Shown here piece by piece: positions 50,715 through 57,866 of a stretch of 64,000 nucleotides of DNA; the first letter of the stretch is position 1, and each line of letters starts with the position of its first letter. The notes beneath the pieces were generated by a model. It saw nothing but the letters and a program-made list of their open reading frames with translations. It was not told where the DNA came from and made no database searches. The position numbers and the translations under genes were made by a program. The DNA comes from Candidatus Adlerbacteria bacterium (GTDB lineage: Bacteria; Patescibacteriota; Minisyncoccia; Phycocordibacterales; SBAW01): contig CAVVLG010000002.1 in assembly GCA_963749085.1 (NCBI GenBank), positions 19,178-83,177 of the forward strand, given 5' to 3'.

Positions 50715-50729
50715 AGAAAATCTGCTATA

Positions 50730-51812
50730 GTGCTCTCCATGAAGCGCATACAGAGCCCCGCGTCCTTTATTGGCATTGCTGGGGATAGCATTATCTCCTT
50801 CGGCTCCGGCCAGCCGGATCTCCCGCCACCCAAGGAGATATTCAAGAATCTCCAGTCACCGCGTCTTTTCAAATACGGTCTTATCCAGGGGGAGGAGGGC
50901 TTACGCGAGGCACTTGCCAAGGAATATCCAGGGGCGCGCCCGCAGGATTTTGTCGTCACCAACGGTGCTTCAGAGGCGCTTGACCTTGTATTCCGCGCAA
51001 TCCACAAAATGCACGGTCCAGTCGGGGTGCTATTGTGCCGGCCATATTACTATTCCTATCCACCGGTCGTGGAACTTGCGGGACTGAGGCCTGTCTATAC
51101 CGACTTGCGCGAGGGAAAAATAAATCTGCGGGATTTTGAGAAAAAACTGCGCGGAATAAAAGCTGTCCTTATCAACTCACCCTCCAATCCGACCGGCCGC
51201 GTTGAAGATCTTGTAACCTTGCGCGCCATAGAGAAGCTCTGCGCCAAACGCGGCGTCTACATTATCTCCGACGAGGTTTACAAAGATCTCATTTATGAAC
51301 GCAAAAATTATCTCATCAAAGGGCGACATGTCATCACCGTCAACTCCTTCTCAAAGACCTACGCAATGTGCGGTCTGCGCGTGGGGTATTTGTTCGCGCG
51401 GGATCCTAAAATAATTGAGGCAGTGGTCGACATCAAAATACACACTTCGATGAACACCAACATCCTCGGTCAGGAAATGGCGCTCAGAGCAATGAAAGCA
51501 CCGCGTTCCTATGTGGAAAAGCAAACGCAGATTTGGCGGCAGCGGCGCGATTTTATCCATGGAGGTCTCGTCGCCATGGGATTTGACCTCTGGAAGCCCG
51601 AGGGTGCCTTTTATGTATTGCCTAAAATAAAGAATTCGGAGCGTGTAGTTACTGAACTTTTTTACAAGCATAAAGTTATCGTCTACGACGGGGCGTGGTT
51701 TGGTGCACCGGGACGGATACGACTCTCCTACGCGCTCGAGCTCCCGAAGATAAGAGAAGGTCTTTCCCGAATTAAACGCTATATCAAAGGAAAAGAAAGC
51801 TGGGTACGGTGA
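50730..51812 (+). CDS. Pyridoxal-phosphate-dependent aminotransferase, class I/II
   Basis: ...INSPSNPTGRV...IISDEVYKDLIY...SFSKTYAMCGLRVGY contains the PLP Lys context. Confidence 0.8.
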   Translation: MLSMKRIQSPASFIGIAGDSIISFGSGQPDLPPPKEIFKNLQSPRLFKYGLIQGEEGLREALAKEYPGARPQDFVVTNGASEALDLVFRAIHKMHGPVGVLLCRPYYYSYPPVVELAGLRPVYTDLREGKINLRDFEKKLRGIKAVLINSPSNPTGRVEDLVTLRAIEKLCAKRGVYIISDEVYKDLIYERKNYLIKGRHVITVNSFSKTYAMCGLRVGYLFARDPKIIEAVVDIKIHTSMNTNILGQEMALRAMKAPRSYVEKQTQIWRQRRDFIHGGLVAMGFDLWKPEGAFYVLPKIKNSERVVTELFYKHKVIVYDGAWFGAPGRIRLSYALELPKIREGLSRIKRYIKGKESWVR

Positions 51813-51818
51813 TATACT

Positions 51819-52802
51819 TTGTGTATGCGAACCGTAGTGGGAGTGTTGCGCGGAGGGCCCAGTAGCGAATATGACGTGTCGCTCCTCACCGGAGCGAATG
51901 TGCTTGAGGCGCTTGATAAAGAGAAATACGAGCCCCGGGATATTTTTATTTCTCGGGAAGGGGAGTGGTATTTATACGGCGTTCCGATGACTCCTGAGCG
52001 GGCGCTACGTGGAGTGGATGTGGCGTTTAATGCCCTTCATGGCACGTTCGGTGAGGATGGCCAGGTACAGCGACTATTGGATGCACTCGCCATACCCTAT
52101 ACAGGTTCAGATGCATCCTCCTCCTCACTTGCGTTCAACAAGCAGAAGACCAAGAAAGCGGTCTCCATGCTCGGAGTGAGGGTTGTGCATGGCGTGGTAG
52201 TTGATCAGAACAATATAACGGACCTTGAGAGAACCGCCCTTAATCTTTTCCGCTCGCTGCCGAATCCAGTAATCGTTAAACCGGTCGTGGGGGGATCTTC
52301 AGTCGGCACCACCAAAGTCGATAACTTTCACGCCCTTCAATTTGCGCTTCAGTTCGCATTTGAGCATTCACATCGCGCATTGGTCGAAGAGTATATATCA
52401 GGTAGGGAGGCTACCGTCAGCGTCATGGATAACTTTCGGGGAGAGAAGACCTACGCACTCATGCCGGTTGAAATAATTCCGCCACGGGGATCTCCTTTTT
52501 TTGACTACGAAGCAAAATATAATGGAGCGTCTCTTGAGCGCGTGCCGGGACTATTTTCTGAGGTAGAAAAAAAATCTCTTGTCGACGTAGCGCGGCAAGT
52601 GCATGAGGGGCTCTCGCTTTCGCACTATTCGCGCTCAGACTTTATCGTTTCAAAACGCGGCATTTATTTTCTTGAGGTCAACACACTACCGGGCTTGACT
52701 AAGGAATCCCTTCTCCCGAAGGCGCTCAATGCTGTGGGAGCTAAGCTTTCAGATTTTCTCGACCATATTATCAGTCTTGCCCGTCGCACCGAGAGCGAAT
52801 AA
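51819..52802 (+). CDS. ddl: D-alanine--D-alanine ligase
   Basis: VLRGGPSSEYDVSL...ATP-grasp VKPVVGGSSVGTTKV...FLEVNTLPGLT. Confidence 0.85.
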   Translation: MCMRTVVGVLRGGPSSEYDVSLLTGANVLEALDKEKYEPRDIFISREGEWYLYGVPMTPERALRGVDVAFNALHGTFGEDGQVQRLLDALAIPYTGSDASSSSLAFNKQKTKKAVSMLGVRVVHGVVVDQNNITDLERTALNLFRSLPNPVIVKPVVGGSSVGTTKVDNFHALQFALQFAFEHSHRALVEEYISGREATVSVMDNFRGEKTYALMPVEIIPPRGSPFFDYEAKYNGASLERVPGLFSEVEKKSLVDVARQVHEGLSLSHYSRSDFIVSKRGIYFLEVNTLPGLTKESLLPKALNAVGAKLSDFLDHIISLARRTESE

Positions 52803-52811
52803 ACTCAGTAT

Positions 52812-53156
52812 ATGTCTGAATTGGCAGATAAAAAATGCGTACCATGCGAGGGAAATGTCCCGCCACTTACTCCTGATAAAGCACAGGAGATGATGAAGGA
52901 ACTTCACGATTGGTCCCTTATTGATGACGCGCATTTGCTCGCGAAAAGTTTCCGCTTTAAGGATTTTGTCGAGACGATGGAATTCGTCAACAAGATTGCG
53001 GCTATAGCCGAGGAGGAGCAACATCACCCCGATCTTACGGTTACGTACGGAGCGGTCACTGTTGAACTCATGACGCACGCCATAGGTGGACTTTCGGAAA
53101 ATGATTTTATTGTTGCGGCAAAGATAGATAGACAGGATGCAATGAGGTCGATATAA
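52812..53156 (+). CDS. phhB: 4a-hydroxytetrahydrobiopterin dehydratase (pterin-4-alpha-carbinolamine dehydratase)
   Basis: ...KAQEMMKELHDWSL....FRFKDFVETMEFVNKIAAIAEEEQHHPDLTVTYGAVTVELMTHA. Confidence 0.85.
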   Translation: MSELADKKCVPCEGNVPPLTPDKAQEMMKELHDWSLIDDAHLLAKSFRFKDFVETMEFVNKIAAIAEEEQHHPDLTVTYGAVTVELMTHAIGGLSENDFIVAAKIDRQDAMRSI

Positions 53157-53305
53157 AAAAAGACCGGCCGAGAATAAACCCAGCCGGCCAGAAAAATAGC
53201 TACGGCTATAAGAATCAGCGCGGCGAACGTCAGTAAAAAACTACGCCCGTTCGCTTTTGGATCCCAAAGCCGTTCATGAGGCGACAATTCTGTAGAGGTA
53301 CTCAT
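53024..53305 (-). CDS. Candidate small single-TM membrane protein; its 3' end overlaps phhB antisense, so low confidence
   Basis: Good RBS GTGAAGGAATGTGCT-ATG. MSTSTELSPHERLWDPKANGRSFLLTFAALILIAVAIFLAGWVYS is a TM helix. The reading frame continues ~130 nt into the opposite-strand phhB, which is unusual. Confidence 0.3.
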   Translation of the reverse strand: MSTSTELSPHERLWDPKANGRSFLLTFAALILIAVAIFLAGWVYSRPVFFYIDLIASCLSIFAATIKSFSESPPMACVMSSTVTAPYVTVRSG

Positions 53306-53488
53306 AGCACATTCCTTCACATGTTGTGCCCTCAAACCGCCGGGTATTGATTCTATAGAGCGTGTCTGAAGTATCAATTAACAATTTTGTTGATTACCTG
53401 TTGATTCTATGGGGATGAATTGTGAATTACCCTTTTATGCCTTAGAGAAGTGGATATTTTGTGGATATTGACGTAGGATAAAAATCAA

Positions 53489-53564
53489 GGGCCCGTAGCT
53501 TAGTTGGTAGAGCGCCTCATTTGCAATGAGGAGGTCAGGAGTTCGAATCTCCTCGGGTCCACCA
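53489..53564 (+). tRNA. tRNA-Ala (anticodon TGC), G3:U70, CCA encoded
   Basis: GGGCCCG...CCTCA-TTTGCAA-TGAGG...AGGAGTTCGAATCTCCT-CGGGTCC-A-CCA. Confidence 0.85.
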
Positions 53565-53576
53565 TAGTTATTTGTA

Positions 53577-53604
53577 TTGCAATCACACACAAAAAATTTA
53601 TACT
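53577..53604 (+). promoter_or_regulatory. Sigma-70-type promoter candidate (TTGCAA, 16 nt, TATACT) directly after tRNA-Ala(TGC), driving the 157-aa ORF
   Basis: Hexamers read directly from the sequence. An RBS AGGAA lies 8 nt before the ATG at 53663. Confidence 0.4.
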
Positions 53605-53662
53605 GTTCATAGACTTGTTATCTCGTCGCGCTTGACAGCGCATAACCTAGAGGAATGAACCT

Positions 53663-54136
53663 ATGGCCCTTCACGCTGATGTACGTTTACGGAGAAGCGA
53701 AGAAACTATACAGTTTCCTATGTCAAATGGGAAACCAATGGACTCAATTCGCGGGCGAAAGCCTCTGCCCTTGGTGATAAGTGGCAAGGCAGGAGGAATT
53801 ACCATTCTCTACAGTTTTAATCGCTGCGGGGGACCCATCCTTGGGGAAGAGGCGAAGCAAAATGTAGAAAAGGCATTTACTGAATCCAGAGTAAATGTCA
53901 TGAAACTTACTTTTGCTCGTTACAGCGACGACACTATTAACTGTACCGCGGACCTCGCTGAATCTCACGCTGGGCTAGGGACATACCGAGTTCCACTCTT
54001 CGTGCGGGGCGATATCACCATGTGTTTCGAATCGACCGATAACACTGGGCTTGCGTTCAACCTCGTTTATTGTCTTTGGAAAGTTTTCAAGCCCAAAAAC
54101 TATGTTCTCGATGCAAGTTTTTGGCAAAGTCGTTGA
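53663..54136 (+). CDS. Hypothetical protein (orphan; island cargo)
   Basis: ORF with an RBS, followed by a strong terminator. No recognisable motifs. Confidence 0.45.
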   Translation: MALHADVRLRRSEETIQFPMSNGKPMDSIRGRKPLPLVISGKAGGITILYSFNRCGGPILGEEAKQNVEKAFTESRVNVMKLTFARYSDDTINCTADLAESHAGLGTYRVPLFVRGDITMCFESTDNTGLAFNLVYCLWKVFKPKNYVLDASFWQSR

Positions 54137-54141
54137 AGCTC

Positions 54142-54172
54142 GCGTCGGTCTAAAGACCGACGCTTTCTTTTT
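54142..54172 (+). terminator. Rho-independent terminator
   Basis: GCGTCGGTC-TAAA-GACCGACGC hairpin followed by TTTCTTTTT. Confidence 0.7.
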
Positions 54173-54202
54173 ATATCAATCTCCTATACAGTTTTTCCTA
54201 AC

Positions 54203-54276
54203 GCACCCTTAGCTCAGTTGGCTAGAGCGCACCCTTCACACGGGTGAGGTCGCAGGTTCGAGTCCTGCAGGGTGCA
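54203..54276 (+). tRNA. tRNA-Val (anticodon CAC), no encoded CCA
   Basis: GCACCCT-TA-GCTC-AGTTGGCTA-GAGC-G-CACCC-TTCACAC-GGGTG-AGGTC-GCAGG-TTCGAGT-CCTGC-AGGGTGC-A. Confidence 0.8.
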
Positions 54277-54328
54277 CCTCTATATTTAATTTATTCAAGA
54301 TTTTCATTTGTACGTATGATTATTTATA

Positions 54329-55054
54329 ATGGACTTCAAAACGGCTGTCGATTTGTTAAATAGGGCTCTTATGAAAAGGCAGCCCGAGCATTTCAGTAGC
54401 TCCTGGATTTTCAAGCACACGCCATGCGCATATCATTATTTTCGACTCAACGTCAGGGCAGTAACCGGCGAGATTGATTGGGATACCATCACCACAGAGT
54501 TGGATCGGCCATTTCAAAAACGATGGACACGACGCCGGCGAAAGCGCCGAGAATTGCTTAAGCTCTACAGAAGCAAGCCTGAAGTCCAAGCGATTTTCAA
54601 GAAGTACAAAAATCAGCAATATGTATTCCTCAGCGCCAAGACACCCGAGGAATGGCGTGCGAGAGATCGTATCAGTATTGCACTCATGCGTGTCGCTCAG
54701 AAAGGCAATATCACTGCACAAAAAGAATTAATCGATCTCCTTATCTACACCGTTCAAAACTGGACTGAGCGGTACCCGTACTTTTATAGATGGAAGCACT
54801 ATAGTGATTTGCTACCCGACCATATTGAGACCTGCATGCGACGATATCATTTCACCGGCTCGTTCATTCAGTATCTGTACATATCTTTGATGTACTCAGC
54901 CCGAGCGCTCAAACGCATCCAAGTGTATTCTCTCGACAAGCCAATTTATGACGATGACGAAATAACATTAGCTGAACGCGTGGTTCAAGATCCGACTACC
55001 GGTGAGATAAAGATATACGAAGCCGGTCACTTAAGCGACTATCAAAATCTCTAA
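54329..55054 (+). CDS. Hypothetical protein (orphan; island cargo)
   Basis: 241-aa ORF with a basic stretch RWTRRRRKRRELLKLY. No recognisable domain. Confidence 0.45.
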   Translation: MDFKTAVDLLNRALMKRQPEHFSSSWIFKHTPCAYHYFRLNVRAVTGEIDWDTITTELDRPFQKRWTRRRRKRRELLKLYRSKPEVQAIFKKYKNQQYVFLSAKTPEEWRARDRISIALMRVAQKGNITAQKELIDLLIYTVQNWTERYPYFYRWKHYSDLLPDHIETCMRRYHFTGSFIQYLYISLMYSARALKRIQVYSLDKPIYDDDEITLAERVVQDPTTGEIKIYEAGHLSDYQNL

Positions 55055-55130
55055 AAAAAGTTGAGCAAGCGCTCGACCCTTTTGTCTTTTGTTGTTATAT
55101 TTTTGGGGTCGAAAGCTGTGCGGGGCGTCT

Positions 55131-55191
55131 TATAGTGGCATTATACACGCTTCGGGTGCGTGAAACCCGAGTTCGATTCTCGGCGCCCCGA
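55131..55191 (+). tRNA. tRNA-Pro (anticodon CGG), atypical D region (short D-loop, no nucleotide 26), no CCA
   Basis: Acceptor CGGGGCG/CGCCCCG is a perfect 7-bp stem. Anticodon stem CACGC/GCGTG with loop TTCGGGT. T-arm CCGAG-TTCGATT-CTCGG. 61 nt to the discriminator A; D-arm pairing is non-canonical. Confidence 0.55.
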
Positions 55192-55206
55192 CAGGGTTTT
55201 CGACAG

Positions 55207-55277
55207 GGGCTCATAGTAAAGTGGTATTACGCGGCATTCGCATTGCCGAGGCCCGGGTCCGATTCCCGGTGAGTCCA
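55207..55277 (+). tRNA. tRNA-Ala (anticodon CGC), G3:U70, 7-nt D-loop, no CCA
   Basis: GGGCTCA-TA-GTAA-AGTGGTA-TTAC-G-CGGCA-TTCGCAT-TGCCG-AGGC-CCGGG-TCCGATT-CCCGG-TGAGTCC-A. The G3:U70 Ala identity pair is present. Confidence 0.65.
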
Positions 55278-55282
55278 CAAAT

Positions 55283-55311
55283 TTGACAGACATATAAAAT
55301 ATGTGATACAC
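55283..55311 (+). promoter_or_regulatory. Cassette promoter copy A: perfect -35 TTGACA, 16 nt, TG-extended -10 GATACA. It begins the conserved ~70-nt leader that ends in RBS GGGAGG
   Basis: TTGACAGACATATAAAATATGTGATACA read directly. The same module recurs at 55993, 56574 and 63775. Confidence 0.45.
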
Positions 55312-55378
55312 AAATAAAAGACATCGGACTTAGTAATCCGCTCGTTCTCACCATTCTAACGCGCCAAGGGAGGCGGCA

Positions 55379-55696
55379 ATGGCACTATCCTTCGCACTGA
55401 GTATCTATTTCACAGTCGGTCTTCTCTTTTCGGTTGGATTCTGGACGGTCATCATAAAGGCTTACGCTTGTGAAAGAAGCGAGGGGACACTCCATGCAAT
55501 ACAAGAAGAATTGAATACGCAATCTGCCTACCTCGACACTTTGTTGCAAGTGTATCCAGCCCTTATCCTACTGCTTGCGGTATTTACTGCCATCATCTGG
55601 CCTATACCATTGATGATAATACTGCTCAGCGTAGTAAAGGGACTTATAAGTGGACTTCGGACAGGCATTCGAGCACTTCTGGCAAGGAGACGCTGA
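55379..55696 (+). CDS. Cassette ORF 1: small two-TM membrane protein (105 aa)
   Basis: RBS GGGAGGCGGCA-ATG. Two hydrophobic helices. Followed by a terminator. Confidence 0.5.
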   Translation: MALSFALSIYFTVGLLFSVGFWTVIIKAYACERSEGTLHAIQEELNTQSAYLDTLLQVYPALILLLAVFTAIIWPIPLMIILLSVVKGLISGLRTGIRALLARRR

Positions 55697-55706
55697 AGAA
55701 TTTAAC

Positions 55707-55740
55707 AGCCGTCGCTGAAATATGGGGCGGCTTTTTCTTT
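55707..55740 (+). terminator. Intrinsic terminator of cassette 1
   Basis: AGCCGTC...GGCGGCT stem followed by TTTTTCTTT. Confidence 0.5.
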
Positions 55741-55997
55741 ATAACGCCACTTAATCCAATACCCACTCTGTGCCTCTTACACCAATTATCCGCTAAACCC
55801 CTTCAAGAGCTTTCTGTAACACCGGACTGCTCTGGTAGTACCCCAAAAACCGAGAAAGATACTGTTTTAACCTGTTCGAGGTATACTCCCCACGGTGGGG
55901 TAGGACACCAAACTCTCCAATTCCCGAATACTCGCTCGTATCTCCTCCTTCCACCCCAAAAGTTCTGAAAGCCACCCTATTTGCCCACAAATTTGAC
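55735..55997 (+). repeat. Cassette 3' module copy 1 (conserved core, a ~120-bp extra segment, and the tRNA-3'-end-like junction ...GCCCACAAATTTGACA)
   Basis: ACTTAATCCAATACCC...GGACTGCTCTGGTAGTACCCC-AAAAACCGAGAAAGATA is shared with the copies at 56405 and 57165. Confidence 0.6.
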
Positions 55998-56021
55998 AGA
56001 TATTTCAATATATGGTAAATA
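55993..56021 (+). promoter_or_regulatory. Cassette promoter copy B (TTGACA, 17 nt, TGgTAAATA)
   Basis: Diverged copy of the promoter/leader. A leader hairpin ACGGATT-TAG-TAATCCGT follows. Confidence 0.4.
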
Positions 56022-56085
56022 AATAACAGTTACGGATTTAGTAATCCGTTCGTTCCATCAATTCTAACCCGCATGGGAGGACATC

Positions 56086-56373
56086 GTGCAAGAGAATAAG
56101 TCGATAATTTCCCAGACTCGGGGAGTGCAGCTGTTGGGTTGGACAGGCTCTGTACTCGCGCTGAGCATGTATCTAAGCTTTATTGACCAGATTCAGCTGA
56201 ACATCGCCGGTCATAAAGGCTCATGGATTATCCCACTCATCGGTACACTCAGTTGTAGTGTCTGGACAGCTTATGCGTGGTTGTTAAAGCCCCGCAACTG
56301 GCCGCTTATCGTATGTAATGTGCCAATGGTCATCCTTGGGCCTATGACCGTATTAACTACCTTCTTCTGGTAG
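56086..56373 (+). CDS. Cassette ORF 2: small polytopic membrane protein (95 aa, GTG start)
   Basis: RBS GGGAGGACATC-GTG. Three hydrophobic segments. A terminator follows directly. Confidence 0.45.
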   Translation: MQENKSIISQTRGVQLLGWTGSVLALSMYLSFIDQIQLNIAGHKGSWIIPLIGTLSCSVWTAYAWLLKPRNWPLIVCNVPMVILGPMTVLTTFFW

Positions 56374-56379
56374 CACAAC

Positions 56380-56407
56380 CCCCGGCAGCGATGCCGGGGC
56401 TTTCTTT
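56380..56407 (+). terminator. Intrinsic terminator of cassette 2
   Basis: CCCCGGCA-GCGA-TGCCGGGG hairpin followed by CTTTCTTT. Confidence 0.65.
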
Positions 56408-56576
56408 AGGTCTCGTTACTTAATCCAATACCCTCACTGTGTCTCTCCCATAATTCTTCCATCAGGCGCTTTCAAGTGCTTTCTGCAGCGCGGGACTGCT
56501 CTGGTAGTACTCCCAAAACCGAGAAAGATAGGTTTTTAGGGAGTTCAATGTTTTAATGCCTGTGTCCACAAATTTG
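56405..56576 (+). repeat. Cassette 3' module copy 2 (~170 bp, ends GTGTCCACAAATTTGACA)
   Basis: Aligned by eye to copies 1 and 3. The terminal ...GGGAGTTCAATGTTTTAATGCCTGTGTCCA resembles a tRNA T-arm and acceptor 3' end. Confidence 0.6.
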
Positions 56577-56693
56577 ACAGACATATAAAATATGTGATAC
56601 ACAAATAAAAGACATCGGACTTAGTAATCCGCTCGTTCTCACCATTCTAAAGCGCCAAGGGAGGCGGCAATGGCACTATCCTTGCACACTCAT
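56568..56693 (+). repeat. Near-identical (~98%) duplicate of 55272-55397: promoter, leader, RBS and the first five codons ATGGCACTATCCTT
   Basis: Direct comparison shows one mismatch in the leader (CTAACGCG vs CTAAAGCG) and divergence only after codon 5. Confidence 0.8.
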
Positions 56694-57153
56694 CAACGTC
56701 AAAACCGCAACGCCTGAACCGATAGCGGCAATACACGCTTCTATCGCAATGCCACACGTGTATCGCAGACCCGTTTACGTGAATGGACGTCGCTATTTGG
56801 ACGGCACAGGAGGTATACCTTTTCCCGCGCGAGAAGTTATCGAGCGGTGGGGTCTCACCGGACTTGTTGTACTCGCTAATCAACCACGGGATTGGCGACG
56901 CTCCCTAAAACGTAAGCTACTTGAGTTTGGAGCAATCTCACTTCTGCCTAAAGGTCCGCGCAAAACTTCTCGAAAGCGTTTGGAAATATTTGGAGAAAAT
57001 CTGCAGTATCTACGCTCGGGCCGCGTTCCTTACCTGATTGTCTGGACTGACGATGAGGTAGAAATATTCGAGCGTGACCAAACCAAACTACGAGGCACCG
57101 CAGAACGAGCGGGGGAGTTTATGAGCAGTCTACTTGAACGTGCGGGCACTTGA
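56669..57153 (+). pseudogene. Patatin-like phospholipase, C-terminal half only, fused in frame to the duplicated cassette leader (an ATG...TGA mini-ORF, then an in-frame ATG at 56749)
   Basis: ...AAIHASIAMPHVYRRPVYVNGRRYLDGTGGIPFP... matches the patatin ASxAxPxxFxPVxIdGxxYVDGG region containing the catalytic-dyad Asp. The upstream half with GxSxG is absent, and the sequence before it is the shared leader. Confidence 0.5.
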
Positions 57154-57170
57154 GCCCGCACGTTTTCTTT
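57140..57170 (+). terminator. Intrinsic terminator of cassette 3
   Basis: GTGCGGGCACTTGAGCCCGCAC hairpin overlapping the stop codon, followed by GTTTTCTTT. Confidence 0.6.
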
Positions 57171-57337
57171 AGGTCTCGTTACTTAATCCAATACCCTCAC
57201 TGTGTCCCTCCTTAGGTCTCTCTGCTAAGCCCGCTCAAGCGCTTTTTGTAGAGCCGGACTGCTCTGGTAATACTCCCAAAACCGAGAAAGATAGATTTTT
57301 ATGGAGTTCAATGTTTTAATGCCTGTGTCCACAAATT
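57165..57337 (+). repeat. Cassette 3' module copy 3 (ends GTGTCCACAAATTTaaaa; the TTGACA is lost)
   Basis: Aligned to copies 1 and 2. The next ATG, at 57348, lies 17 nt after the junction. Confidence 0.6.
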
Positions 57338-57347
57338 TAAAATTCTT

Positions 57348-57863
57348 ATGACACTCACCACTCACGCATTGGTTGGAGCCGCCGCTGCGAGTCTTTTCTC
57401 ACAGAAACCGGTCCTTGCATTTGCGGCCGGTTTTGTGAGCCATTTTTGTATTGATGCCATTCCACATTGGGATTATCGGCCAGAGTCCATGATCAAGGAT
57501 AAAAATAATAAACTGGCGACGGACATGATACTCGGCAAATCTTTTTTTAAAGATCTGATCTTTATAGGAAGTGATGCGCTACTCGGGCTTGCCCTCAGTG
57601 TCCTTATTTTTAGTCTATGGCTCTTTCACGTGCCTATAGCCATAATTACCTTGGGCGTCATCGCAGCCATACTGCCTGACCCACTGCAATTTATCTACTA
57701 CAAAACTCACTCAAAGCTTTTGGAGCCGCTCCAGAAATTCCACGCGGTGTGGCTGCAGCAAAAAAGTCCCATAAACGTTCCGGCATGGATAGGGCTCGGT
57801 CTGCAAGCCCTGCTCGTAGCGACAGTCGTCGGCATCTTAAAGATAATTCACCCTGTGTTATAA
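57348..57863 (+). CDS. Polytopic membrane protein upstream of atpB (possibly YdjM/DUF457-like metal-dependent membrane hydrolase); function unknown
   Basis: MTLTTHALVGAAAASLF...HFCIDAIPHWDY... His-rich N-terminus followed by about four TM helices. Confidence 0.4.
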   Translation: MTLTTHALVGAAAASLFSQKPVLAFAAGFVSHFCIDAIPHWDYRPESMIKDKNNKLATDMILGKSFFKDLIFIGSDALLGLALSVLIFSLWLFHVPIAIITLGVIAAILPDPLQFIYYKTHSKLLEPLQKFHAVWLQQKSPINVPAWIGLGLQALLVATVVGILKIIHPVL

Positions 57864-57866
57864 TCG

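Noticed and set aside
56405-56576. Calling the cassette 3' modules functional tRNA genes
   Set aside because: Only T-arm/acceptor-like and D-arm-like fragments are recognisable. No anticodon stem-loop or complete cloverleaf can be drawn, so they are at best tRNA-derived remnants.
55270-57340. Possible CRISPR array suggested by the regularly spaced direct repeats
   Set aside because: Repeat units are 125-170 bp. They contain promoters, RBSs and terminators, and are separated by protein-coding ORFs of 95-134 codons. This is not a 25-40-bp repeat-spacer architecture, and no cas genes are present.
53380-57350. Interpreting the tRNA-rich island as a prophage remnant
   Set aside because: No integrase, capsid, terminase, portal or other phage hallmark ORFs are present. 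The cargo is tiny membrane peptides and a lipase fragment in a repetitive cassette layout.
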